From NCBI GenBank assembly GCA_005223085.1, contig NJBP01000001.1:12895-76894 (forward strand): a DNA stretch of 64,000 nucleotides. The letters are read 5' to 3'. Each line of letters begins with the position of its first letter. Within the stretch, counting starts at the first letter, position 1. The translations under genes and the position numbers were made by a program. The notes beneath the pieces are model-generated. The model saw nothing but the letters and a program-made list of their open reading frames with translations. It made no database searches and had not been told where the DNA came from. This DNA is from Candidatus Aerophobetes bacterium Ae_b3b. GTDB taxonomy: Bacteria > Aerophobota > Aerophobia > Aerophobales > AE-B3A. Below are positions 8,565 through 16,745 of the stretch, piece by piece.

Positions 8565-10541
8565 TCAATCGATTTTCACTGTTTGTCTATCAATCCTTTT
8601 AAGTATAAAATATCTTGAGCCCAATTTCTCCTCTACTGTTGAAATCATCACTCCGTCATGGCCAGCGTAGATCAATTTATCAAATCTATCTAGAAATTGG
8701 TTGGAATTAGTGTCCTCATAGAAAACCAAGGTGTGACTGATGGCTTCACCCTCTTCACCGCTGAGGATGAGATCACCTACCTGGAGGTAATCTTCTGAAC
8801 TACCAATTCTAACCACGGCATCCTCTCCATTCTGGTCAATCAATTTTTCTTCTGAATCTCCTACAAAGGTTCCATCTAGCCTCCTGATTTCAATGCGAAA
8901 AGGACTGGAGGCTGCCAGATAATATCTATTCTGATCAACATCTAAGCCGAACGCAACATCGGGCAAGACTGCTCTATTTACCACTTTGCCACTGAGGTTA
9001 TAAACCAGGACCTCTTTTTTATATACTGGCACGTAGATGAGATTTTCTTTAACGCAAAGGTTGCCTACTGGCACAAAAGAGTCGTAGAGTTTCTCCAGCC
9101 TGATTTTCTCTTGTAGATTTCCATCCAGGTCAAAAATATAGAGACTATCTGAGGCGAGTAGGTAGATAGACCTACCTTGATCATCAACTCCTATCCCCTG
9201 GGGTCTAAGCTCTCTTTGGGTGGTGTAGATTTGACCATCTAGGGTAAGAGTATGCTCAACCTTTGGTCTGATAATCTTTTCTACCTCACCCTCCAAATTG
9301 AGAATCTCTATTTCTCTTTCCAAATTCTTGGTTTCGTTTATGAGAAAAATTTTACCATTCTTCGAGATAGCAATGTCCAGATAATTAGCTGAAGGACTTT
9401 CAATATCCCTTTCTGTTTTGAAATTTAGATCAAAAATCTTGATTTTTCCTTTACCACACAGATAGTAAAAACCATTGTGAAAAGAAATTCCTTTTGGGAT
9501 CCACTCTTCGAAAATATCCAAAGTAGCCAATCTAAAAGTCCTCTCATCTATTGGTTTGGTATAGACTCCTCTGGCCATCTCCGGTGCGGAAGTGTAAGCA
9601 AGATTTTTATTTCCCATGGCTCTTAAAGCTGAGATGATCAAATCAGAACATTCGATGGAAATAGGATTGGCCAGGTCGGCCTGATGCTGATCAGGCTTGC
9701 CAGCTATTTTGTAGGCGGTACCCCAGCACCAGGGAACTCCTCTGAGAGCCTCCGTATATCTAATCAGCTTGTTTTTATGGTCGGACAGTCGGCTGATTCG
9801 ATGGAGGGTGGGCTTGATACCTTTATCATAGTCATTGGTTGCCATGCGATGGGGCTGTGAGGGATCCTCTTGGCCAGGAGAAGATATTATCCGACCATGG
9901 TAATTTACCTCAACTCTGAATCTGACCGTTCCCACCTCTTTTTTTGGATTAATTATCCATCCTTTTTGAGCTAGAGGTTCTTGTTCATATTCAATGACTG
10001 CAAATGCCCGGAACTTACCCTCATGGGGACCCTCGGTGAAGACGTTGGAGTACCATTCGTAGTCTTCTAATTCTGGATGGGATGGTATCATTCTCGGCAT
10101 AATCCTGTACCAGTTTATCTCCAGAGGACCCCAAAGCTCTTTCTTCCATCTTTTAAGTGATTCGTCAGTGATGGTGTACTTTTTATTACCTATTTTTAAC
10201 CTCGGGGGTAGAAACCCATCGTCTCCTAAGTAGTGATTTCCTCTGGCATCTTTTACTACAGCAAAAAGATAGATATTCTCATCATAGCTGATGAGTTTAC
10301 TAGCCTCATCAGGAATATTATAAGAACCGGAGACAATGATGATTTTGTCAAGGAAAGGTGGGTCTTTCTGCGGGAGCGATTTTTCGTGTAGCTTAACCGA
10401 GTAAGGTAGCGCTGACTCTGCAGATCCGGCGATGGTGTTCTCATGAACAGATGGTCTTGAGGCGTAAAGTCCCTCTCCTGCCAGAATAATCTGAAGAATC
10501 ACTAAACCAAAGACTAACAAAGTAGCTTTGTATTTCTCCAT
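8565..10541 (-). CDS. secreted or anchored protein: NlpC/P60-like Cys...His halves separated by a beta-propeller-like repeat region
   Basis: 658 aa with N-terminal hydrophobic TLLVFGLVILQIILAG. ALRGVPWCWGTAY...IECSDLIISALRAMG looks like the NlpC/P60 Cys helix. About 270 aa of repetitive beta-strand blades follow (IYLLASDSLYIFDLDGN, LIYVPVYKKEVLVYNLSGK, YYLAASSPFRIEIRRLDG). Then GDLILSGEEGEAISHTLVFY...IYAGHDG looks like the His strand. Confidence 0.5.
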   Translation of the reverse strand: MEKYKATLLVFGLVILQIILAGEGLYASRPSVHENTIAGSAESALPYSVKLHEKSLPQKDPPFLDKIIIVSGSYNIPDEASKLISYDENIYLFAVVKDARGNHYLGDDGFLPPRLKIGNKKYTITDESLKRWKKELWGPLEINWYRIMPRMIPSHPELEDYEWYSNVFTEGPHEGKFRAFAVIEYEQEPLAQKGWIINPKKEVGTVRFRVEVNYHGRIISSPGQEDPSQPHRMATNDYDKGIKPTLHRISRLSDHKNKLIRYTEALRGVPWCWGTAYKIAGKPDQHQADLANPISIECSDLIISALRAMGNKNLAYTSAPEMARGVYTKPIDERTFRLATLDIFEEWIPKGISFHNGFYYLCGKGKIKIFDLNFKTERDIESPSANYLDIAISKNGKIFLINETKNLEREIEILNLEGEVEKIIRPKVEHTLTLDGQIYTTQRELRPQGIGVDDQGRSIYLLASDSLYIFDLDGNLQEKIRLEKLYDSFVPVGNLCVKENLIYVPVYKKEVLVYNLSGKVVNRAVLPDVAFGLDVDQNRYYLAASSPFRIEIRRLDGTFVGDSEEKLIDQNGEDAVVRIGSSEDYLQVGDLILSGEEGEAISHTLVFYEDTNSNQFLDRFDKLIYAGHDGVMISTVEEKLGSRYFILKRIDRQTVKID

Positions 10542-10666
10542 CGTTTTTGTAAGACTGAAGACCTTGGATTTAATTAGTTTATCTTATTTATTGAAGGATA
10601 TTCAGATAATTATAAGCCGACATCATAATAGCAAAATTTTAAGGGAAAATCAAATGGAAAGTATAG

Positions 10667-10694
10667 TTGATTTTTCCTTAAATTGCCGTATTAT
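10667..10694 (+). promoter_or_regulatory. candidate promoter of the dinG operon
   Basis: TTGATT (10667-10672), 16 nt, TATTAT (10689-10694). About 48 nt upstream of the ATG at 10742. Confidence 0.35.
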
Positions 10695-10741
10695 AAAAAA
10701 ATAAAGAAAGATGGACGATAATTTTCTCGGGTGATGGTTGA

Positions 10742-12754
10742 ATGCAAAAGGTAAAGATTTTAAGTTATAAGCCCAAAAAAAGACTGGAAGAGGTACTCAA
10801 GGCCCACGGACTCATCGCTAAAAAACTGAAAAATTTTGAAGAAAGGACCGAGCAAATTGAAATGGCCCGGGCAGTGGAGAAAGCCATTCGGAAGAGAAAG
10901 CACCTCATTGTGGAAGCTGGTACTGGTATCGGAAAGAGTCTAGCTTATCTGGTTCCTTTTATTTATTGGGCAGTAGAGGAGGGAAAACTGGTGATTGTCT
11001 CTACCTATACCAAGACTCTTCAACACCAACTCACTAAAAGAGATCTTCCCTTCCTGAGTGAGGCTTTGGGAGTTGACTTTCGCTTTACTCTTGTGGTTGG
11101 AGCTGAGAATTATCTCTGTTTAAGAAGACTGGCGAGAGCTCGGGTTTACGAACTGCTGGATACCGAAAAGGAAGTTAAGGAGCTGGAAAAGATCTTTCGG
11201 GCTAAGCCTTACCTGGAAAAAGGCTTAAAATCGGAGCTAGATTTTGAACCGTCACCAAAGGTTTGGGAAAGAGTTTGTCGAGAGGTTGATCTTTGTCTGG
11301 GTAAAGAATGCCCTCATCAAAGGAGTTGCTATTATACAGAGGCTAGAAAAGAAGCGTATAGATCACAGGTGTTGGTAGTGAATCATCATCTTTTCTTTGC
11401 TCACCTTACCTCAGGCGAAAAAATCCTGCCTCCTTTTGAGGCAGTTGTTTTTGATGAAGCTCACAATTTGGAAGAAGTAGCTGCAAACTCCTTGGGGATA
11501 GAGATTTCTCATTTAAGGATAAGGGTTCTTTTAAATTCTATATGCAATCCCCGTAGTCAAAAAGGTCTTGTGTTCAGATTAACTAATCTAAAGGGCAAGG
11601 AAAGAGATTTTTTAGCCAAGATGGTTAACGAGGTAAAAATAGCTAACGATAACTTTTTTTCTGAATTGAAGACCAAGTTCAAGAATGAGAATATTAAACA
11701 ACGAATTAGAACTCCCCAATTTTTGGTTAATCTCCTGGATGTTCCTCTTTCTAATCTTATCTCCGAGTTAAGCTTACTTCAAGATAAAGAAGAGGATGAA
11801 GAAAAAAAGCTGGAGATCTCATCCTACCTTCTGCGCTGCCAGGAGACGAAGACTAATCTGAGTAAAATCATTCGGCAAGAAGAAAGAGATTACGTCTACT
11901 GGGTGGAGTTTTCCCCTACAAGGAAGGCTGTGAGAGGCGCTTTACGTGCAACTCCGGTAAGTGTCGCCGAGGAGTTAAAGTTGAGGGTTTTTCAGAGGGT
12001 AAAATTGGCTGTTCTCACCTCGGCCACCTTGTCCGCAAATAGAAGTTTTAATTATATACGAGAAAGGTTAGGATTGGAAGAAGGGGAAGAGCTTCTTCTT
12101 GATTCCTCCTTTGATTATAGCCGTCAGGTTCTTCTTTACATCCCTTCACATATGCCTGATCCCTGGCGGCAGGCGACGTTATTTTCTCTGAGAGCAACAG
12201 AGAAGATCAAAAAGCTCTTGGCCATAATCAAGGGATACACTTTCGTCCTTTTTACCAGTTTCCAAATGCTTGATCAGGTTTATGAACTACTTAAAGAGGA
12301 TGTAACCACTCTTAAGATTTTACGACAGGGAGATATGCCACGTTACCTGCTTTTAGAGGAATTCAAAAAGAAGGAAGGTTCTGTGCTTCTTGGAACCAGT
12401 AGCTTCTGGCAGGGGGTTGATGTTCCGGGCAAAGCCCTGCAGTGTGTGATTATTACCAAGCTCCCTTTTTCTGTACCCAATGAGCCTGCAGTGGAGGCCA
12501 AAATGGAGTTTTTGCAGGCTCAGAATAAAAATCCTTTTCTTCATTATCAGCTTCCCCAGGCTATTATCCTGCTCAAACAGGGATTTGGCCGCCTTATTCG
12601 CAGCCAGGAAGACAAAGGAGTGGTGGTTATTCTTGATCCTCGCCTTAAGAGCCGGAGTTACGGAAAGATGTTTCTTAATTCCCTGCCTCAGTGTGAAATA
12701 ACCTCCAGTTTATCCAAAGTTAAAGAATTTATGAAAGCGAATCCAATGCCGTGA
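10742..12754 (+). CDS. dinG: DinG/XPD-family ATP-dependent DNA helicase with an Fe-S domain
   Basis: 670 aa. Walker A AGTGIGKSLAYLVP, DEAH box VFDEAHNL, Cys cluster YLCLRR...VCREVDLCLGKECPHQRSCYY, C-terminal motifs LLGTSSFWQGVDVPG and KQGFGRLIR. Confidence 0.88.
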   Translation: MQKVKILSYKPKKRLEEVLKAHGLIAKKLKNFEERTEQIEMARAVEKAIRKRKHLIVEAGTGIGKSLAYLVPFIYWAVEEGKLVIVSTYTKTLQHQLTKRDLPFLSEALGVDFRFTLVVGAENYLCLRRLARARVYELLDTEKEVKELEKIFRAKPYLEKGLKSELDFEPSPKVWERVCREVDLCLGKECPHQRSCYYTEARKEAYRSQVLVVNHHLFFAHLTSGEKILPPFEAVVFDEAHNLEEVAANSLGIEISHLRIRVLLNSICNPRSQKGLVFRLTNLKGKERDFLAKMVNEVKIANDNFFSELKTKFKNENIKQRIRTPQFLVNLLDVPLSNLISELSLLQDKEEDEEKKLEISSYLLRCQETKTNLSKIIRQEERDYVYWVEFSPTRKAVRGALRATPVSVAEELKLRVFQRVKLAVLTSATLSANRSFNYIRERLGLEEGEELLLDSSFDYSRQVLLYIPSHMPDPWRQATLFSLRATEKIKKLLAIIKGYTFVLFTSFQMLDQVYELLKEDVTTLKILRQGDMPRYLLLEEFKKKEGSVLLGTSSFWQGVDVPGKALQCVIITKLPFSVPNEPAVEAKMEFLQAQNKNPFLHYQLPQAIILLKQGFGRLIRSQEDKGVVVILDPRLKSRSYGKMFLNSLPQCEITSSLSKVKEFMKANPMP

Positions 12755-13857
12755 TTAAGTGTCTACATTGTGGCAAAGAATCATGGTTGATTGCCGAGAG
12801 TTTGGGCATTTGTGGGGATTGCATCAGGAAAGATTTTGAAGAGGTTCTTCCCTATATTAAGAAAGCCCATTATGGCAGCCGGGATGAGTTTGGCCTTCCT
12901 AGAGAACCACCACAGGATCCCACCGGAATAGCCTGTCGAAGGTGCGTGAATGACTGTGTAATTCCTCTGGGGAAAAGAGGATACTGCGGATTAAGACAAA
13001 ATCAAGAGGGAAAACTTCTTGGGGGAAGTAAAAATGAAGGAAATCTTGATTGGTATTACGATAACCTTCCTACTAATTGCGTGGCTGACTGGGTCTGTCC
13101 CGCAGGAACAGAAACCGGGTATCCTACTTATTCTTATTCTAAAGGTCCTGAGTATGGCTATAAGAATCTGGCCGTCTTTTATCATGGTTGTAGTTTCAAT
13201 TGTCTTTTTTGCCAGAACTGGCACTGGAGGGACGGATTAAATAGGAAAAAACACGTAACTGCCCTGCAATTAGCCCAAGCAGTAGACAGTCGAACTGCTT
13301 GTATCTGCTATTTTGGTGGTGATCCCACCCCGCAGCTTCCCCATGCCCTGGAGGCTTCTCGTCTAGCTCTAGAGAAAAATAAAGATCGCATCCTGCGTGT
13401 GTGTTGGGAGACTAATGGTGCGATGAGTTTTTCTTATTTAGAGAAAATGGCTAAGGTATCTTTAATATCAGGAGGATGTATTAAGCTCGATCTAAAAGCT
13501 TGGCATGACGAGTTAAATATTGCTCTCTGTGGAGTAAGCAACAAAAGAACTCTGGAAAATTTCGCTCAATTATCCTCGTGGGTAGAGAAAAGGCCTGATC
13601 CTCCTTTTCTCATTGCCAGCACCTTACTTATCCCTGGCTACGTGGACGAGGAAGAAGTTTCAGCCATTGCTCATTTTATCTCTTCTTTGAATCCTAATAT
13701 TCCTTATTCTCTGTTAGCTTTTTATCCCCAGTTTTATATGCATAATCTACCCACAACCTCCAGATCTCATGCAGAACGATGCAAGATCTCGGCTGAAAAA
13801 GAAGGCCTTAAGAGGGTGAGGATTGGCAATCTGAACCTCTTGAGCAATGCCTATTGA
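12751..13857 (+). CDS. radical SAM enzyme of the PflA / AmmeMemoRadiSam-related (COG1180-type) group with an N-terminal Zn-ribbon
   Basis: 368 aa. GTG start in a GTGA overlap with the dinG stop. CLHCGK..CGDC ribbon, CRRCVNDC...GYCGLRQN auxiliary Cys motif, and HGCSFNCLFCQNWHW, which is CxxxCxxC. Confidence 0.75.
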   Translation: MIKCLHCGKESWLIAESLGICGDCIRKDFEEVLPYIKKAHYGSRDEFGLPREPPQDPTGIACRRCVNDCVIPLGKRGYCGLRQNQEGKLLGGSKNEGNLDWYYDNLPTNCVADWVCPAGTETGYPTYSYSKGPEYGYKNLAVFYHGCSFNCLFCQNWHWRDGLNRKKHVTALQLAQAVDSRTACICYFGGDPTPQLPHALEASRLALEKNKDRILRVCWETNGAMSFSYLEKMAKVSLISGGCIKLDLKAWHDELNIALCGVSNKRTLENFAQLSSWVEKRPDPPFLIASTLLIPGYVDEEEVSAIAHFISSLNPNIPYSLLAFYPQFYMHNLPTTSRSHAERCKISAEKEGLKRVRIGNLNLLSNAY

Positions 13858-13885
13858 GGCTAGCGCGCTGCTCTTCTTTGTTTTC

Positions 13886-14497
13886 TTATCCGCCAATTGT
13901 TTTCTTCATCACCTCAAAATCTATCTTCTCCATATACTGATGGAGCACGTTCTTGTCGGTGATTTTCCGTCCTTTCACGGTAATCAGAGTATTTGCCTCC
14001 AGGATGAGAGAAAGCTCGCCTTTTTTACCTTTGGCGGAGAACTTTTCAATAGCCTTTTCGCCTTTGACTCTTACTAGCTTGGTATCAGGCTGTCCCGCTA
14101 ACATCGCAGGGTTAGCCAAAAGCATCATTACTGTCTGGAGCAAAGGTGACTGGGTTATGATTTGAATTTCTATTGATTCGCCCGTGTCTTCCTTTTTGTA
14201 GGTCCTGTTCGCGGTTATGCCTCCACCGAAAAGTGCCATGGGGGCAGCCGAGGCGCTGGGTTCTTGGGCAGTCCATCCCGACAATGGCTCAGGTAACAGC
14301 CCCTTTAATCGTTCTGCCTGGAGATTCTGAATTTGACTCACTGCGTATTGAAGCTCGCTTGACGCTTCAGAATATTTTCCCTCCTGGTATAGTTTCTTGC
14401 CTCTTTCGATGATGTCCGAAATTTCATCAGCCCGAGCTCCCGCCATTCCCATAAACCCCAAAATCACCACTAATAGAGCTATTACAGCTTTTTTCAT
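13886..14497 (-). CDS. secreted protein of unknown function
   Basis: I prefer ATG 14497 because GAGGAGG lies 7 nt upstream. The signal peptide MKKAVIALLVVILGFMGMAGARA/DE is followed by one TPR-like helix pair. Confidence 0.6.
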   Translation of the reverse strand: MKKAVIALLVVILGFMGMAGARADEISDIIERGKKLYQEGKYSEASSELQYAVSQIQNLQAERLKGLLPEPLSGWTAQEPSASAAPMALFGGGITANRTYKKEDTGESIEIQIITQSPLLQTVMMLLANPAMLAGQPDTKLVRVKGEKAIEKFSAKGKKGELSLILEANTLITVKGRKITDKNVLHQYMEKIDFEVMKKTIGG

Positions 14498-14730
14498 TTT
14501 TTTCCTCCTCACAATTTAGCTTCCTCTGCGAAGCTAACTCTTTCCTTCTTTTATAACGCAGCGGTATTATAGCGGAACCCTGAAAGATTGGCAAGAAAGA
14601 AGTAAAATCATTAATCTTGAAAAAATTATGTGACAAATTTTAAATAGATTTATGGAGGCGGGAAAACGAATGTTGGTTATACGAAGCTCTTGAGTAATAC
14701 CTATTAAAAAAAAACGGTGTCGAGATATTC

Positions 14731-14758
14731 TTGACAAATCTCAGTATAAGACTACTGT
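14731..14758 (+). promoter_or_regulatory. candidate promoter embedded in the conserved CGAGATATTCTTGA box
   Basis: TTGACA (14731-14736), 16 nt, TACTGT (14753-14758). About 55 nt upstream of the rSAM repair gene. Confidence 0.3.
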
Positions 14759-14812
14759 TGTCAACAAAGACCCAAGTTTTCCGTCTCGAAAAAGACAGTC
14801 ATCGGTAGATAT

Positions 14813-16018
14813 TTGGAGCAGCTACAAAAGATGACTTATGTAGCTAGGAAATTAGATACGTACAGCAAACTAAAGAAACTGGGAGAGGTGGCCAGATTTG
14901 ATGTCTGTGGCTTTCCTTCAGTGTTTACGGGCAAGAACAGAAAGTTTCAGCGGTTTAAGTTTATTTATCCGGCGGTAGGAAAGAGAGGAAGCTGCGTCCG
15001 ATTATTTAAGGTCTTGCAGAGTAATGCCTGTGAAGGAAATTGTTTTTATTGTGCTAATAGAAAGGATAGGAATTTTCAAAGGATTAACTTTAGACCTGAT
15101 GAACTTGCTAAACTATTTCTTCAATATTATTCAAAAGGATTGGTTGACGGACTTTTTCTTTCCTCTGCCATTAATAGATCGGTTGATCTATCAGAGGAAA
15201 GAATGTTCGAGACTGTCCAGTTACTTCGCACGCGATATGGGTATCGCGGCTACATTCACTATAAAGTGCTACCTGGCACTGATGAGTCAATAATTGATGC
15301 AGCCGCTCGACTCGCCGATCGGCTTTCCCTGAACCTTGAGGCACCGAGTGCGAAACATTTAGCCGAGCTTTCACCCAGTAAGAACTATGCCTCAGATTTA
15401 GTGGGCGGATTAGAGAAAATCGCTAGAATCAACCGCCAAAAACCTTTGAAGGCTGGTATCACCACTCAACTGGTGGTGGGAGCTGCTAGGGAGACAGACA
15501 GGGAGATATTGAATCTCTCGGGTAGGCTTTATGAGGATTATAAACTTTGGCGGGTGTATTACAGTGCTTTCATGCCTATTCTAGATACTCCCTTGGAGGA
15601 GCTGCCTCCCTGTTCGCCTCTTCGTGAATACAGACTCTACCAAGCTGATTTTCTTCTAAGGAGATACGGATTTACTCCTCAGGAGCTTCCCTTTGAAAAG
15701 AATGGCAACCTGCCGCAAGATTGCGATCCTAAACTTGTCTGGGCTCTAAGACATCAAGATAAATTTCCGATGGAGATAAATAAGGCTGATTTTCACGAGC
15801 TTTTAAGGGTGCCAGGGATAGGAATAATTTCGGCCAGGAGGATTGTGGAGACTCGGAAGCAAGAAAAGTTTACCCGACTTGATCAGTTAAGAAAAACTGG
15901 AGCCCTAACCACCCGCGCTGGTAACTTTCTTACTCTGCAAGGTAGATTTTACGGCGGTGGGGAAAGGAAAGCCACTGGCCAAATTAATGAGCAGCTTTTT
16001 CTCTGGGAAGAACTATGA
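14813..16018 (+). CDS. putative DNA modification/repair radical SAM protein (TIGR03916-like)
   Basis: 401 aa. ARFDVCG near the N-terminus, NACEGNCFYCANR (CxxxCxxC), RVYYSAFMP, LYQADFLLRRYGF, and a C-terminal HhH LLRVPGIGIISARRIV. This layout matches the family as I remember it. The start is uncertain: TTG 14813 or ATG 14831. Confidence 0.8.
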   Translation: MEQLQKMTYVARKLDTYSKLKKLGEVARFDVCGFPSVFTGKNRKFQRFKFIYPAVGKRGSCVRLFKVLQSNACEGNCFYCANRKDRNFQRINFRPDELAKLFLQYYSKGLVDGLFLSSAINRSVDLSEERMFETVQLLRTRYGYRGYIHYKVLPGTDESIIDAAARLADRLSLNLEAPSAKHLAELSPSKNYASDLVGGLEKIARINRQKPLKAGITTQLVVGAARETDREILNLSGRLYEDYKLWRVYYSAFMPILDTPLEELPPCSPLREYRLYQADFLLRRYGFTPQELPFEKNGNLPQDCDPKLVWALRHQDKFPMEINKADFHELLRVPGIGIISARRIVETRKQEKFTRLDQLRKTGALTTRAGNFLTLQGRFYGGGERKATGQINEQLFLWEEL

Positions 16019-16740
16019 ATAAAACCTCTGAAGTAATAAAGCCCCTGGTGAGGCAACTGGGGAAGAAATTTTCCGTGGGTTTAGGAATTGATCTTCCCTC
16101 TCTTGAAAGTTCGGAGATTTTTAAGTGGTTTTTAGTTTCCATTCTCTTTGGGGCGAGAATATCTGAGACGATTGCAGTGAAAACTTACCGGGAGTTTGAG
16201 AAAGAGAAAATCTTATCTTCTGAGACTATTTTAAGAACCGGATGGGATGGATTAGTGGAAATACTGGATAGGGGCGGATATGTGAGATATGATTTTAAGA
16301 CAGCCACCAAACTTCTAGAGGTCATGGGAAGTCTTAAGGATAAATACAGGGGAAATCTAAATGCCCTACATGAAGATTCTCTAGATTCAAGAGATCTGGA
16401 GAGAAGGATAAAAAATTTAGGCAAAGGAATAGGCGAGGTTACGGTGGGAATATTTTTAAGAGAACTTCGAGGACTGTGGAAGAAGGCAAATCCTCCCTTG
16501 TCTCCTTTAGTGCTTACCGCGATGAGGAACTTAGCGCTGTTAGATAGAGAAACCGTCAATCGGTCAGCCCTACCATCACTAAAGTTTTTGTGGGAGAGAA
16601 ATTTCGTAAAAGGAAGGAATTTTGCTGATCTCGAGGTTGCCTTGCTTCGTCTGGGGAAGAACTGGTGCCGCCCAGGTAAATGTAAAGAATGCAGATTGAA
16701 GAAATATTGTCCGTCAACCAAAGAGAAAACTCTGAGGTAA
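16015..16740 (+). CDS. EndoIII-like HhH protein with a C-terminal 4-Cys Fe-S cluster loop
   Basis: 241 aa. ATGA overlap with the upstream rSAM gene. HhH-like LGKGIGEVTVGIFLREL, and C-terminal WCRPGKCKECRLKKYC (C-x4-C-x2-C-x5-C), which is close to the EndoIII/MutY cluster loop. Confidence 0.6.
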   Translation: MNKTSEVIKPLVRQLGKKFSVGLGIDLPSLESSEIFKWFLVSILFGARISETIAVKTYREFEKEKILSSETILRTGWDGLVEILDRGGYVRYDFKTATKLLEVMGSLKDKYRGNLNALHEDSLDSRDLERRIKNLGKGIGEVTVGIFLRELRGLWKKANPPLSPLVLTAMRNLALLDRETVNRSALPSLKFLWERNFVKGRNFADLEVALLRLGKNWCRPGKCKECRLKKYCPSTKEKTLR

Positions 16741-16745
16741 AAGCT

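Noticed and set aside
14721-14736. Reading the CGAGATATTCTTGA box as a LexA/SOS operator, because it precedes repair-type genes.
   Set aside because: It does not resemble any LexA box consensus I know. One copy precedes purH, and the copies are parts of repeat termini. A promoter-bearing repeat end is the more economical reading. It is kept only as a low-weight possibility in the finding.
16185-16721. A 178-aa minus-strand ORF, and many similar track ORFs lying inside longer genes on the opposite strand or in another frame. Examples: 1281-1511, 2175-2474, 6441-6737, 18536-19033, 19727-20143, 32281-32712, 35878-36645, 44867-45238, 62823-63104.
   Set aside because: They sit entirely within well-supported genes with clear family motifs. 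Their translations are low-complexity and rich in S/L/F/P, typical of shadow frames, and they lack RBS context.
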